Positions 12,071 through 25,204 of a DNA stretch of 64,000 nucleotides are shown here, one piece after another. The notes beneath the pieces are model-generated. The model ran no database searches and was not told the origin of the DNA. It saw nothing but the letters and a program-made list of their open reading frames with translations. Where the stretch lies: positions 29,078,001-29,142,000 of the forward strand of contig OX597818.1 of the NCBI GenBank assembly GCA_951406725.2, written 5' to 3'. How positions within the stretch are numbered: position 1 is the first letter of the stretch; each line of letters begins with the position of its first letter. The translations under genes and the position numbers were made by a program. This stretch comes from Octopus vulgaris (taxonomy: Eukaryota).

Positions 12071-12476
12071 TATTGTTATTGCCATATTAATATGGCATTC
12101 TTATAGATATAAGAATAATCGCTGCCGCTGGTCAGCTCCATGAGGCCACCGCCTTAAGATAGCTATTGATACACGATCTGTATCCATTATAACCTTCCAA
12201 CAAGGGAGGTCAGCCACTTCACACTGCCAGTCCGACAGCTACAGACGCGTTTCGAGGTATTGCCCCTTGTCAATGTAGCGCACTCAGACCCCAAAACGCA
12301 TCTGTAGCTGTCGGACTGGCAGTGTGAAGCGGCTGACCTCCCTTGTTCGAAGGTTATAATGGATACAGATCGTGTATCAATTGCTATCTTAAGGCGGTGG
12401 CCTCATGGAGCTGACCAGCGGCAGCGATTATTCTTATATCTATAAGAATGCCATATTAATATGGCGATAACAATTA
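12071..12476. repeat. Long inverted repeat (~185-bp arms) with hammerhead motif at the turn; PLE-type fold-back
   Basis: 12071-12257 is the near-perfect reverse complement of ~12289-12476. Confidence 0.9.
12238..12279 (-). ncRNA. Minimal type I hammerhead ribozyme motif, U3-A8 core variant
   Basis: Minus strand: GCUACA-UUGACAA-GGGG-CAAUA-CCUC-GAAA-CGCG-UC-UGUAGC; 6-bp stem I, 4-bp stem II, palindromic CGCG stem III, GUC site. Confidence 0.8.
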
Positions 12477-12579
12477 ATTTCCAGTAAACGCTGTCGTAAT
12501 CTCTTTTATAGAGTCTTAGTAATTTTAATATTTCTATTATATGTATATATACATATATGTATATATATATTTGTGAGGA

Positions 12580-13945
12580 ATTCCAGGCAATAACGGAGGA
12601 ATTCAAGCAATAACAGATGAATTCAAGACAGGATGCCCCTGGAAGTTCCTCTATGCTGCTGACCTTGCTCGAATTGCTGAGTCACTATCAGAACTGGTAG
12701 AGAAGTTTCAGGTGTGGAAGCAAGGATCAGAATCAAAGGGCCTTAGAGTCAACCTAGCTAAAACCAAAGTCCTAATAAGTAGGAAGGTAGACAAATCACA
12801 AACGCCGTCAGGTAGATGACCCTGCTCGATCTGTAGAAAAGGTGTATGTAGAAACTCTACAAGATGCACCAAGTGTAAGCTATGGATACATAAGAGGTGA
12901 AGCAATGTCAAAGGAAGGCTAACTAGGAAAATAGTTTTTGTATGTAGCAGATGCTCAGGAGCAATAAACACTGAAAATGTGCAGAGACCAACTTCCACCA
13001 CATTCCAGGGAGAAAAACTAGAAATTCTTGATAGCTTCCGTTACCTAGGTGACCAAGTCAGTAGCAGGGGCAGGTGTGCTGAAAGGGTAACTGCTAGAGT
13101 AAGAATAGCCAGGGCAAAGTTCAGAGAGCTCTTACCCCTGCTGGTGACAAAAGGCCTCTCACTCAGAGTAAAAGGCTGTATGATGCATGTGTACGAACAA
13201 CCATGCTACACGGTAGTGAAACATGGGCCATGACTGCTGAGGATATGTGTAACTCACAAGAAATGAATCCAGTATGTTCCAATGGATGTGTAATGTCAGT
13301 GTTCATACTCGACAGAGTGTAAGTACCTTGAGAGAAAAGTTGGACATATGAAGCATCAGTTGTGGTGTGCAAGAGAGACGTTTGCGCTGGTATGGTCATG
13401 TGACGAGAATGGCTGAAGATAGTTGTGTGAAAAGTGCCGCACCCTAGCGGTTGAGGGAACCTGTGGAAGAGGTAGACCCAGGAAAACCTGGGACGAGGTG
13501 GTGAAGCATGACCTCCAAACTTTAGGTCTCACCGGGGAAATGACTAGAAACACGAGACCTATGGAAATATGCTGTGCCTGAGAAGACCCGGCAGGGCAAG
13601 TGATTTCATAACCCATGGCCTCTACCTGGGATGTAGCCAGTCCACTTATGCATATCTTTCCTTCTTGGGACACAAAACTCTACTTGTGAAGACCTGTTGA
13701 GGCAAGTGGAAATCGAAATCAAAATCGAAATCGATCAACATCAATGGAAATTGTAGCTGTGATATCAGTGCCAGAGACACGTAAGCGAACCATCCGAACA
13801 TGGCTGTTGCCAGCCCCACCCCGGCGGGCCTCCGTGCCGGTGGCATGTAAAAAGCACCAACCGACAGTGGCCATTTGCCAGCCCCACCTGGCACCTGTGC
13901 TGGTGGCACGTAAAAAGCACCACTACACTCACGAAGTGGTTGGCG
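12580..13945 (+). mobile_element. RTE-clade LINE, 5'-truncated, degraded
   Basis: EFKTGCPWKFLYAADL.., GLRVNLAKTK, DSFRYLGDQVS..RVRIARAKFRELLPLL, GRPRKTW; 3' UTR follows and is cut by a TA run. Confidence 0.9.
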
Positions 13946-13980
<35 letters not shown>

Positions 13981-14045
13981 ATATATGTATATATATGTTT
14001 GTATTCATATGTATATATATATATATATATGTATATATATGTATG

Positions 14046-14085
<40 letters not shown>

Positions 14086-14235
14086 TGTATATATATATAT
14101 ATGTATATATGTATGTATATATATATATATGTATATATGTATGTATATATATATATGTATATATGTATGTATATATATATATATATATGTATATACGTAT
14201 GTATATATATGTATATATATATATATGTATATATG

Positions 14236-14272
<37 letters not shown>

Positions 14273-14295
14273 GTATATATATATATGTATATATG

Positions 14296-14330
<35 letters not shown>

Positions 14331-14339
14331 GTATATATG

Positions 14340-14434
<95 letters not shown>
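13946..14434. repeat. Compound (TA)n/(TATG)n microsatellite
   Basis: Direct reading. Confidence 0.97.
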
Positions 14435-14435
<1 letters not shown>

Positions 14436-14438
<3 letters not shown>

Positions 14439-15265
14439 AAATTAATAAATAAAACATATGCATATGTACATACATTTATGTACGTACCTACATCTACATG
14501 TACATATACATGCATATATGTGTACAGGACACCAAAAAACGTCGAACACAATGAGAAACGAAAACATAAACAGAAAACTAAGGAAATGGACATTTTTCTT
14601 AAACAACGAAAAATAGAGTACAAGACATACAACACAAGGAAAATTCCCCCTCTTCAGTCGCCTCTGTTTCATCAACTCCGCGTTTCGAAGGTAAAGGCGA
14701 GACACGACTTCATTGAAACATTCCTTCCCGCAAAAGGCAAATTAAATAAAATTTGAGATTTTTTTGTGGAGGGGTAAAAATGGTAACAAAAACAGGACAG
14801 TAAAAGCAGTACAAAATATAAACAGTAAAAGAAAGGACAAGGAGAATAACAGTTACACAGACATTGAGAGCTGTTAAGCCAAACAAGAGAAAATATTACA
14901 AACGCTTTTTGAGAATGGCGAGAGAGAGACGCAGGAAAGCTGTCTACACTTGAAGGAAGTGAGGTCAGAAAGACAGTAGTTTTCTCATTGCGGGCCAGCA
15001 ATGGGACAGATGATGAGGAGTAAGAGAAAGGGAGAGAAAAAGGGAATGGTTATAGAGAAAACCAGAAAGAATGAAGAATGAGAGAGAGAAGCACAGTAAG
15101 GTAGAAGAAAAGGAAACCAGAACGAATGAAGGCTGAGAAAGGGAGGGGGAAAGAAAGGTTAAGAGTGCGCATCATTATTTATATATAGAAAAAACTTACT
15201 TAGAAATGAATGTGTGCATTCCGTCATATAATAACAAATTAATAAATAACACATATGCATATATA

Positions 15266-15315
<50 letters not shown>

Positions 15316-15730
15316 GTACCTACATCTACATGTATATATACATGCATATAGGGTACAGGACACCAAAACGTCGAACACAATGAGAAACGAAAACATAAAC
15401 ACAAAACCAAAGAAATGGACATTTTTCTTAAACGACGAAAAAAGAGTACAGGACATACAACACAAGGAAAATTCCCTTTCTTCAATGCCCTGTACTCTAT
15501 TTTTTCGTTGTTTAATAAAAATAGCCATTTCCTTGGTTTTGTGTTTATGTTTTCGCTTCTCATTGTGTTCAACGTTTTTTTGGTGTCCTGTACCCATATA
15601 TGCATGTATGTATACATGTAGATGTAGGTACGTACGTATATGTATGTATATATGCATATGTTTTATTCATTAATTTGTTATTATATGACAGAACGCATTC
15701 ATCCATTTCTAAGTAAGGTTTTTTATATAT
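14436..15730. mobile_element. Non-coding element with tandem and inverted terminal repeats (PLE-like architecture)
   Basis: Block 14436-14655 recurs directly at ~15235-15485 and inverted at ~15490-15730. Confidence 0.6.
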
Positions 15731-15761
15731 ATATATGTATGTATGTATGTATGTATATATA

Positions 15762-15873
15762 TATCATCATCATCATCATCATTGTCGTTTAACGTCCGTT
15801 CTCCATGCTAGCATGGGTTGGACGGTTCGACTGGGGATCTGGGAAGCCAGAAGGCTGCACCAGGCTCCAGTCT
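15762..15873 (-). mobile_element. RTE 3' tail stub
   Basis: (CAT)n followed by GTTTAACGTCCGTTCTCCATGCTAGCATGGGTTGG, as in other copies. Confidence 0.8.
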
Positions 15874-15909
15874 TATAGATATAAATATGTGTGTGTGTAT
15901 ATATGTATA

Positions 15910-16705
15910 TATATAAGAATGAATGTTTTTATATATAATGAACGTGAAATACAGGAAGGGACGAACACGGAACACAGACAAATCATTCGAAGCCTTCAAT
16001 CTTCAGTCAGACACCGAATCATCATAGCAAATTTCGGCTGTTCAATTCTGATATTTGCTCCAACTCGGCCAGCCCCAAGAAAAAAACTAAGCTGTAAGCA
16101 TTAGATTTCTTGGTAGAAGACAGGAATGTGAACGCACAAGACGGATGTAAATACAAGAGACGAAAACGAAATTGAAAACAGTAATGAAAAAACAAAATAT
16201 ATATAACGGTGGTTGTCATACGACTTTAGACCAAATGAGACAAAAACAACAACAACATAGCTGGCGTAGAAATAATTACCGTTTCGGTAGCGGGGACACA
16301 TGTTGGTCGAGATACGATGGCCAACAGAATGGTTTAAGAAGCAGCAGGTTGCAGGAGAGAGAGAGAAAGAGAGACAGAGAGAGAGGGAATCAAAGAGGGT
16401 AGAAGGCAGGGGACAGAATCAGTGACCAAGAGAAAAGGAGAAAGAAGGGATTAAGGAGGATGGGAGGAAGAGAGGGGAAGAATCGGAGGGCGCCAAAAAG
16501 TTTGGTGAAGAAGCAATGGCGGGTAGGAAAGACAGTGTGTATAGAAGTCGTGCAGGGTTTAAAATTGGACAAACAAACGGGGGGGTGCACGTAACGCCGC
16601 AATAATATAAGAATGAATGTTTTTATATATAATGAACGTGAAATACAGGAAGGGACGAACACGGAACACAGACAAATCATTCGAAGCCTTCAATCTTCAG
16701 TCAGA
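15910..16705. mobile_element. ~800-bp non-coding unit bounded by ~100-bp direct repeats
   Basis: ATAAGAATGAATG...CAATCTTCAGTCAGA at ~15912-16010 and ~16607-16705; microsatellite flanks. Confidence 0.6.
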
Positions 16706-16708
16706 TAT

Positions 16709-16776
<68 letters not shown>

Positions 16777-16971
16777 GTGTGTGTATATATATGTATATGT
16801 ATATATATGTGTGTGTATATATGTATATATATATGTGTGTGTATATAAGTATATATATATATATGTGTGTGTATATAAGTATATATATATATTATGTGTG
16901 TGTATATATGTATATATATATATATGTATATGTATATATGTATATATATATGTATATACATATATGTATAT

Positions 16972-17023
<52 letters not shown>

Positions 17024-17099
17024 ATATATATTATATAATTACAGCTACGCTGAAGAGCAATGGTTACAGTAGGACGTTAGCACAGATAGAGTGAAAGAA

Positions 17100-19832
17100 G
17101 CAGGAGTTTATACGCTCCTATACACTCATAAGATCCCATATCAGCACTCTTGACGCCATCTTTGACAATGAACAAAGCAAAGATGACAAGGATGGAGGCA
17201 TGGATGCAGATGAAAGATGTCACCCCACTTGGTAGACACCCAGGACAACAAAGAAGATTCAAGTGAGAAACCTGCCCTGGAAGTAAACCCAAATGCAAGT
17301 ACCCCTACCAGCATCAACAGGCAAAACCATGGAGAGGAAAGAGCCAAAAAAAGAAGTAAAAGAAAAACAAAAGATGTAACAGCCAAGGAAAGAAGCATAC
17401 CTGACTATCCATATACCAAAAAGGATAGAAAGAGACAGCACACACGAATGTGTAAATTCTACCTGAAAGGTGTCTGCTGGCATGGAGAGGAAGGTGTAGG
17501 CTGCCGTTTTGCACACCAAAGACCCTGACACATAAACATGAAACAGGGCGGAAACCACCTGCCAAAAGGAAAAGGTAAGGACTACGCACCACCTGCCCCA
17601 AAATGGAGGTGCGCAGATGTAGTGCGTGTTACAAACCATCAGCATGTTATTAAAAGGGCATCTGCTGAACAAGAATCATTTTTGTGTATGGCACAAAAGA
17701 TTGTACTGCAGCTAACCTGGCTCCATCAAACTCAAACTCACGGATGGGACTATCCACAATGCACAAGACCACCACAGCAAATAGACCCAAGGTGGACACC
17801 ACTGGCAACAACACACACATCACCTCGATGCTCCTACTGAACATCAGAGGTCTGCTAACACTCAGTAACAGGACAAAAATCCCTTTCTTGAGAGACTTTG
17901 TTGCATGCAATCAAGCCTTGTGCATAGCACTTACGGAAACACACCTGAAACCAGATATAGCAGATGCAGAAATACACATACCACAGTATGATGTATTACG
18001 GACCGATGGAAAAGAAAGGAGTCATGGTGGAGTTGCTATGTACATCCGCGAGGACATCACACCCCAGGTCCTTTTGTCATATTCAAATTTGGTGTGTGAC
18101 ACACTAATTGTATGTATAAGGCAACTCAGTGTAGTTATATGTGCTACATATTGCCCTCCAGATGTTCCAAGCCATGTAGGCAAGTTTGAAGACTGCCTTA
18201 CAAAAATAGAAGTTCTAGTCACATTAGAACAACACATAAGTATACTTCTTATGGGAGACTTCAATCTGCCCAATGTCAGATGGCCCAAGGGCTTTTCTCT
18301 TCCAGGAATGAAATGATGCGAACGAGGACAGGTGAGGTCCCTCCTGAACCTCATCAACACTCTATACATGGAGCAAATAATACTCCAACCAACCAGAGCA
18401 GGTAACATACTGGATCTCTGCTTCACAAATAATATGGATCTCATCCTTAATGTGAAAGTGACACCGACGCTACTCTCGGATCACAGCATGGTAGAGCTGA
18501 CCATGTGCGGGCCAAAGGAAAGCATGGACATGCAGCCTACAAGAAACTCTCAGAATCTTTCCAGCTTGAACTTCCATAAAGCAAACTGGAAACAAATTGA
18601 GAAAGAGATCCTCAAACAAAACTGGCCTAAATGTCTCTCCTCACCAGACATCGACATGAAACTTCAACAATTCATGTCTGTAATGCAAGCCATATGCTAC
18701 AAATGTGTCCCAGAGAGAAAGGCCACTGTACACAAGAACAAAATCCCCAGAGTAAGGAAAATTCTTAACAGACGGTGTACAAAAGTTTCAAATCGCCTAA
18801 ACAAACAAATTGAAAGCAGTGAAAAGTCCCACCTGAAAATAAAACTGCTGGAAATTGAAAAATGTCTGCAACTCTTCCATGAAAAAGAAGGAGCAGACAA
18901 ATAAGCCTGGGCTATAGACAATATAAAATCTAACCCCAGAATTTTCTACAAATTTGCCAAAGAAACAGCTACGGTGCACTGCAGGATATGGCTACTCCTT
19001 AAAAAAGATGGTACACTCACAGGAAATCCAATGAGGATAAGTGAAATACTAAATGAGCAATTCAAAAGTATTTTCACTCCACCCCTAGGGCACTTTCAAG
19101 TTAACAATCCAACTGACTTCTTTACTACATCAGATATAAAAACAGAGGCAATGATGATTGATTACATCAATATAAAGGAAGACGTTGTAATAAGGGCTTT
19201 AGATGAAATGAACCCAAACTCAGCTACTGGCCCTGATGGATTCCCAGCAATCCTTCTAAAAGTATGTAAGCAAGTCCTAGCAAGACCACTGCAGTTCCTC
19301 TTTCAGAGCTTCCTTGCAACTGGCAAACTTCCAAGAAAATTGAAGGAGGGTAAAATATGCCCTATTCATAAAGGAGGTAGCAGAGGAGAGGCCAAGAACT
19401 ACAGACCTATCTCTCTGACCTCACACATCAGCAAGGTCATGGAACGGATAGTCAGAAGGAAAATTATTGCCTTCCTTGAAGAAAATGACTTGCTGCCTGA
19501 TACCCAACATGGTTTCCAACCAGGAAGAAGCTGCCTAACTCAGCTCTTATAACACTATGACTGGGTGCTGAAACAACTGCTCAACCACTCAAATGTGGAA
19601 GTGATATATCTCGACTTTGCCAAGGCCTTTGATAAAATCGATCATGGAATGATATGTCACAAACTGCGTGATCTTGGCATAGTTGGAAAAGTGGGAGAAT
19701 GGCTTCATGACTTTCTGAAGGATAGAAGTCAGGTTGTAGTAGCCAATGGGGCTACCTCCAATGACATGCAAATAGTGAACGGTGTTCCGCAAGGCACTGT
19801 TTTGGGACCGCTGCTGTTCATAATGGCCCTCT
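17100..19832 (+). mobile_element. CR1-group LINE (CCCH zinc finger, APE endonuclease, RT), frameshifted, 3'-truncated
   Basis: CKFYLKGVCWHGEEGVGCRFAH; LLLNIRGL..IALTETHL..HGGVAMY..LMGDFNLP..NILDLCF..SDH (APE); [59 protein letters not shown] (RT). Confidence 0.92.
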
Positions 19833-19873
19833 ATATATATATATATATACATATGTGTGCGTATATATATATA

Positions 19874-19956
<83 letters not shown>

Positions 19957-19958
19957 CG

Positions 19959-19997
<39 letters not shown>

Positions 19998-20024
19998 ATA
20001 TGTATATATATATATATATATATA

Positions 20025-20160
20025 GGCATGGCTGTGTGGTAAGTAGCTTGTTTTCGAACCACCTGGTTCCGGGTTCAGACCCACTGCGTGGTACCTTGGG
20101 TAAGTGTCTTCTACTATAGCCTCGGACCGACATAGATAGAAACTGAAAGAAGCCTGTCAT
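20025..20160 (+). mobile_element. tRNA-derived SINE family A, 5' head only
   Basis: TGGCTGTGTGGTAAG (A box) ... GGTTCAGACCC (B box) ... ACCTTGGGTAAGTGTCTT. Confidence 0.8.
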
Positions 20161-20179
20161 ATATATGTATATATGTGTG

Positions 20180-21400
20180 TGTGTTAAAATGAGGTAGATT
20201 TTGTGAAGCACTTTGAGGTATGATTTAAAGAATGTAGTTGTGTAAAGCCAGAACAATGCAAGAAGGTACAAATTAAATTACAAATTGAAAAGGAAAAAAA
20301 TCAAAGTTGCAGTTTTACCTTTTATTTCTATATTTTGACATGAAGACCCATTCTTCAGGAAATTCAGAAAAGTGGTGGCTGGAAAAAAATTTCTTGCTTA
20401 GAAGTGTGTGTGGTGGGGCAGTGAAGGAGGGAAGAAGTGACATGTGCCGACTGCTGTTGCTATAGCAACTAGTCTGCTTTGTATAGTTTCTTCCTGTCAT
20501 TAATGGCTTGTTTCAATTTATTTATAAGGAGGGCTTCCATAATTCTGAGATTACCCCTGTTGTGTTGTGTTGCTTTAATGGAAACTTTGAAATTCTGGGT
20601 TTAGCACTTCTTGAGGTGTTTCTTTATCAAAGTGTCTATCTGCATATGCTTATTTATTCGAATGTGTAGTTTCCTAGTAGTGCTCCCTATGTAGGGTGCT
20701 CCACATTTATTGCAGAAAACCTCATATACTGCATGTTTTGATGTCATTGATGGGGCAGTTGGTGAGTGTGCACCCGACAGTGCGCTCTTTGGTATTTTTC
20801 ATTGAAAGAGCTTTCTTCAGGGATAGACTGGTGTGTACTAGATGTATGTTAAGTCTCTCGCTGCGGATGGCATGTTGGATAGCTGCTGATGTTCTGTCAT
20901 CAAAGTAGGGCAGTCTAAGGAAGCACGTTTCTGATCTGATGTTATGGGCTTCTCTGTGTTGTTTACCCACTTTCATGATTCACAGAGGCAGTCTTTTAAC
21001 TGTGGATGGTAGATAACCGTTGTGTGCTAAGTTCCTGAGAAACCGCTTCATGCTGATGGCTTTGTCACTTACTTCACTGCATCTGTCCCTTATGCATGTT
21101 ATTTCATTTTTTATATGTACGGTTTTGTCTCTGGTGGACCGGGCCAAATCATAATGCATGAATAGATTCCTAGTCACTGCTTCTTTTGTAAAGATTCATG
21201 TAGATGTAACCATCCTCTGTGATCCTGATTTGGAAATCCAGCAGAGAGAGGGTTCTGGACTTATGTGGATGTTCATTCTCAAATTTATGTGACTGTCAAT
21301 GTAGTTGAATTTTTCATGTATGGAATTTACTCCTTCCTGTGAAGGGGTGAGCATCTCACATTATTCCATCTTTACACAACTACATTCTTTAAATACATAT
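20180..21400 (-). mobile_element. Penelope-like element remnant (RT C-terminus plus GIY-YIG start) with short inverted end
   Basis: LAHNGYLPSTVK, LRLPYFDDRTSAAIQHAIR, CTLTNCPINDIKTC; 20225-20248 inverted at ~21371-21394; degenerate hammerhead at 20324-20363. Confidence 0.7.
20324..20363 (-). ncRNA. Degenerate hammerhead remnant (C3-G8 core)
   Basis: Minus strand AUUUC-CUGAAGA-AUGGGUCUUCAUGUC-AAAA-UA-UA-GAAAU; stem I and CUGAAGA intact, G12 and stem III damaged. Confidence 0.45.
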
Positions 21401-21420
21401 GGATATATATTCATATATAT

Positions 21421-22726
21421 ACTAGCTAACATACCCGGTAATTCCTAGGAAAGTGGGGCTTGTCCCTTCATTCCATTCTCATAATTGTTTTGCTAATCCA
21501 ATAACAACAATACAAAGTATCAGTCTTACATAGGATCTTGTTTTTAGGAATTCCCAATAAGTTATGAATTCCCAAATTGTGAAGTCAGTTATGTAATAAC
21601 ATGAAATTAATTACCCAATAGTAAGATTTCAAACAAAGTAGCCCCAAAATGGCTTTAATACATTCCCAGAGTATATAGAACTTAAGAGGAAACACTAATA
21701 AGGTATGTATACTAAAATCATGAAGCATGTTATGTAAGGACAAGCTAATCAGATAGGAGATAATAACAATTCAAAGTAAATAACTCTGAAAAAAGCTTCT
21801 GTGTGTCTGCAGAGAATATTACCCTCAGGGGCACTAGTGTTGGTATATTCGTGAATAATTCACTAACTGAATTAAGTAGATCTATTGTATAGGAAAAGAC
21901 TATTTACTTGTTTCAGGGTTGTACTAAATGAATTGCAAAAATAACTCTGTCGGTTCAAATACTAAGAAATAAAGATACTCAATTTCATTTTTGCTAAATG
22001 ATTTAGGAAAATGGAAGGGTTATTTCTCTTGGCTTTAAATAAGGATCCCTTCCAGGGGCAAATGGGTTATTTCCCTTGGTTTTCAAAATAGAATATATTA
22101 GATATATATAAGGATCTCTTCCAGGGACCCTATTATCGATTTTGCAACAATCTGAGGGTGCCATGAGGTTTTCAGACATGTGTTTTACTCTCATGTCAAG
22201 TTTCATCAAAATTGATAAAACTAATTTGGAGGAGTTAGCTAACAACTCCACAAACTCACCCACAGACAGAATTTCCCACATATGTAGTACTAGCTAATGT
22301 ACCCAGTAATTTCTTGGAAATCGGTGATTATCCCTTGGTTCCATTCTCATAATTGTTTCGCTAATCCAATAACAATAATACAAAATATGTAGCCATTTAA
22401 ACGTTTTTTTGTGCATTTATTGAGAATACCAAACTATCTTACACCGGATTCTGTTTTTAGGAATCCCAAATTGTGAAGTCAGTTATGCAATAACATGAAA
22501 TTAATTACTTGATAGTAAAAATTCAAATAAAGTAGCCCCGCTTTAATACGTTCCCAGAGTATATAGAACTTAAGAGGAAACACTAATAAATATGTATACT
22601 AAAATCATGAAGCATGTTATGTAAGGACAGGCTAATCAGATAAGAGATAATAACAATTCAAAGTAAATAACTCTGAAAAAAGCTTTTGTGCATATGCAGA
22701 GAATATTACCCTCAGTGGTGCTAGTG
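21421..22726 (-). mobile_element. Head-to-tail tandem non-autonomous Helitrons (one full ~870-bp unit plus a partial unit)
   Basis: Units start at ~21421 and ~22289 (ACTAGCTAAYRTACCCRGTAATT = reverse complement of hairpin + CTAGT end); ~440 bp duplicated. Confidence 0.7.
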
Positions 22727-23845
22727 TTTACTTTGTAAGTTGTGAAATTTGTGTTTTTGTGATCATGTTTGTGCTGTAATTTGCAATTTTGTCATAAACT
22801 GGAAGTTGAAACCAAGAGCCAATGTGAAATTTTGCGTTAAACTTGGGAAGTCTGCTACAGAGACATTGATCATGCTTTGGCAAGCTTACAGCGATGAGGC
22901 AATGAGTTGTATATAAAGTTTCAAGTAGTGTGGGTGCTTCAAAAGTGGAAGAACATCCTAAGAAGACAGGGAGCAATCTGGGAGACCTACCATGAATGTC
23001 TGCCTGTAAAATTCATCAGCCTGTGCATGAGGATCATCTGAAGACAACAACATTGCTGATGATGGTTTGTCATATTGGTCCATGGAGGCAATCCTAATGT
23101 CTGAATTGAAATGTGGTGTGTCTTTACCAAGTTTGTCTCCTGCCTGCTGACTAGTGAACAGAAAGAACATCATGTCAAAGTCTGTCAAGATCTCCATTGG
23201 CATGCCACTGATGACCCATCCTTTATGTCAAGGATCATCACCGGTGATAAGAGTTGGGTCTATGGGTACAACCCTGAGATGAAGCAACCATCATCCCAAT
23301 GGAAGAGGCCTTCATCACCATAACCAAAGAAGGCATGACAGAGCTGTAGCTCAATCAAGAGCATGCTCATTGTTTTTTCAACATCACCAGTATTGTGCAT
23401 AAAGAATTCAACCACCAAGGCCAGACAGCCAATGGAGAATTTTACTGTGATATTGTGAAGCATTTGAGGGAGGACATTCGGCTAAACAACTGGATCTATT
23501 GAGCACACAGAAGTGGATTCTTCATGATGACAATGCTCCCTATCTGAGTTCCTTGCCAAAAACAACATGGTATCACTCCAACACTTGCCCTATTTGCCAG
23601 ATTTAGCATCTGCAGACTGCCATCTCTTTGCCAAGGTAAAACTTTAGCTCAAAAGTTGCCATTTTAACACTGTTGTCATGATCTAGAGTGAATCACAGAA
23701 AGTCCTCAACTCGCTTACAGAAAATGATTTCCAGGCCAGATTCCAATAGTGGCAGGAATGCTACGATCAGTGTATTGCTGTGAAAGGTGACTATTTCAAA
23801 AAAGATGATGTTAAAACTTAAGTAAACAAGTTATTTTTTTTTAAC
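22727..23845 (+). mobile_element. Mariner transposon, degraded
   Basis: LTSEQKEHHVKVC..SRIITGDKSWVYGYNPEMKQPSSQWK; WILHDDNAP; HLPYLPDLASAD (YSPDLAP-like). Confidence 0.9.
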
Positions 23846-23846
23846 A

Positions 23847-24605
23847 CTAGCAGTGTAGCCCGGCTTTTCCCAGGATTAATTTAAGATTATTAAGCTAATC
23901 AAGTTCTTTATTTCAAACCAAACTAAGTAACATCGATGTTATATTTGAGCAAAATCTTTTGAAATTGGTAAACTTTTGGCTGAAAATGAGTTGCAGACAA
24001 CTTGATTGGGAAATCCCATAAGGAATCGGTTTATCGCTTTTTTTTTTCCACTCATCGATTTTTTTTTTGTTTTTGGAGAACTTAAAGCATTCAAAGATCC
24101 CATGAGTCCTAAGTAATGCTGGTATCAAGTTTGAACAAAATACATCAAATTTGGTAAAAGTTATGGTTGAAAATGGGGTGTAGCCAATTTTATTGGGAAA
24201 TCCTATAAGGAATTGGTTTATCGATTTTTTTAAATCCTGATTAAGTGGAAAACCCCATAAGGAATCAGTTCATTGATTTTTCACCCTAAATAGACCTTAA
24301 CCGAACACAATATTGCTGATTCAAAAACATAAATATTTATACTTGAAAACGGTTTTCACACCCAACTCAGTTCTGCGGAATCAATGTTGCGACGGGAGCA
24401 CATGGATTGGGAGTTAGATTGCCAGAGGTGATCAGGCTGCACATGCCAGCCCTTTAAAAACACCACCCCCATCATCTAACCCCTTCCTTTGCCCATGGGT
24501 TGGGAACCCTTCAAGCAAGGAAAATAGAATGCCCAAAGGGGCTCCCGATTCTCTGTGTCAGAAGTGGTTACATTCAGATCACAACTAAGTCTTAAGTATA
24601 CATAA

Positions 24606-24654
<49 letters not shown>

Positions 24655-25128
24655 TAAAAAATGGAGTTAACGCAGGTGTAATCAAATATTTTTACTTTTG
24701 ACACATGTTTCGAAAATTCCACTGATACTATTCAAAAGTCTAACTGTAAATTCAATAATGTAAATAAGACTTCCAGTCGCAAAAGAACCACTGATAACAA
24801 GCACAACCTACGCACCGATACATTTGCTTTGTATCGGTGCGTAGGTTCTTTTGCGACTGGAAGTCTTATCTACATTATTGAATTTACAGTTAGACTTTTG
24901 AGTAGTATCAGTGGAATTTTTGAAACATGTGTCAAAAGTAAAAATACTTTATTACACCTGCGTTAACTCCATTTTTTATTCATATATTCAAAATATTCAA
25001 CGTAAACACGAAGTTTCTACCTTTATAAAGAAGGAGTTACAACACCTTTACTTGTGAGATTTTTGCTGCCTTGGTAACTATTTATTTATTTTTCCGTGTT
25101 AATTGTTAACAAGGTAAAAATACACTCA

Positions 25129-25204
<76 letters not shown>

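Noticed and set aside
14640-14725. CGAAACGCG and CUGAAGAG on minus strand as a hammerhead
   Set aside because: No UH after the palindrome and no compatible stems linking the two halves; kept only as a note in the non-coding unit finding.
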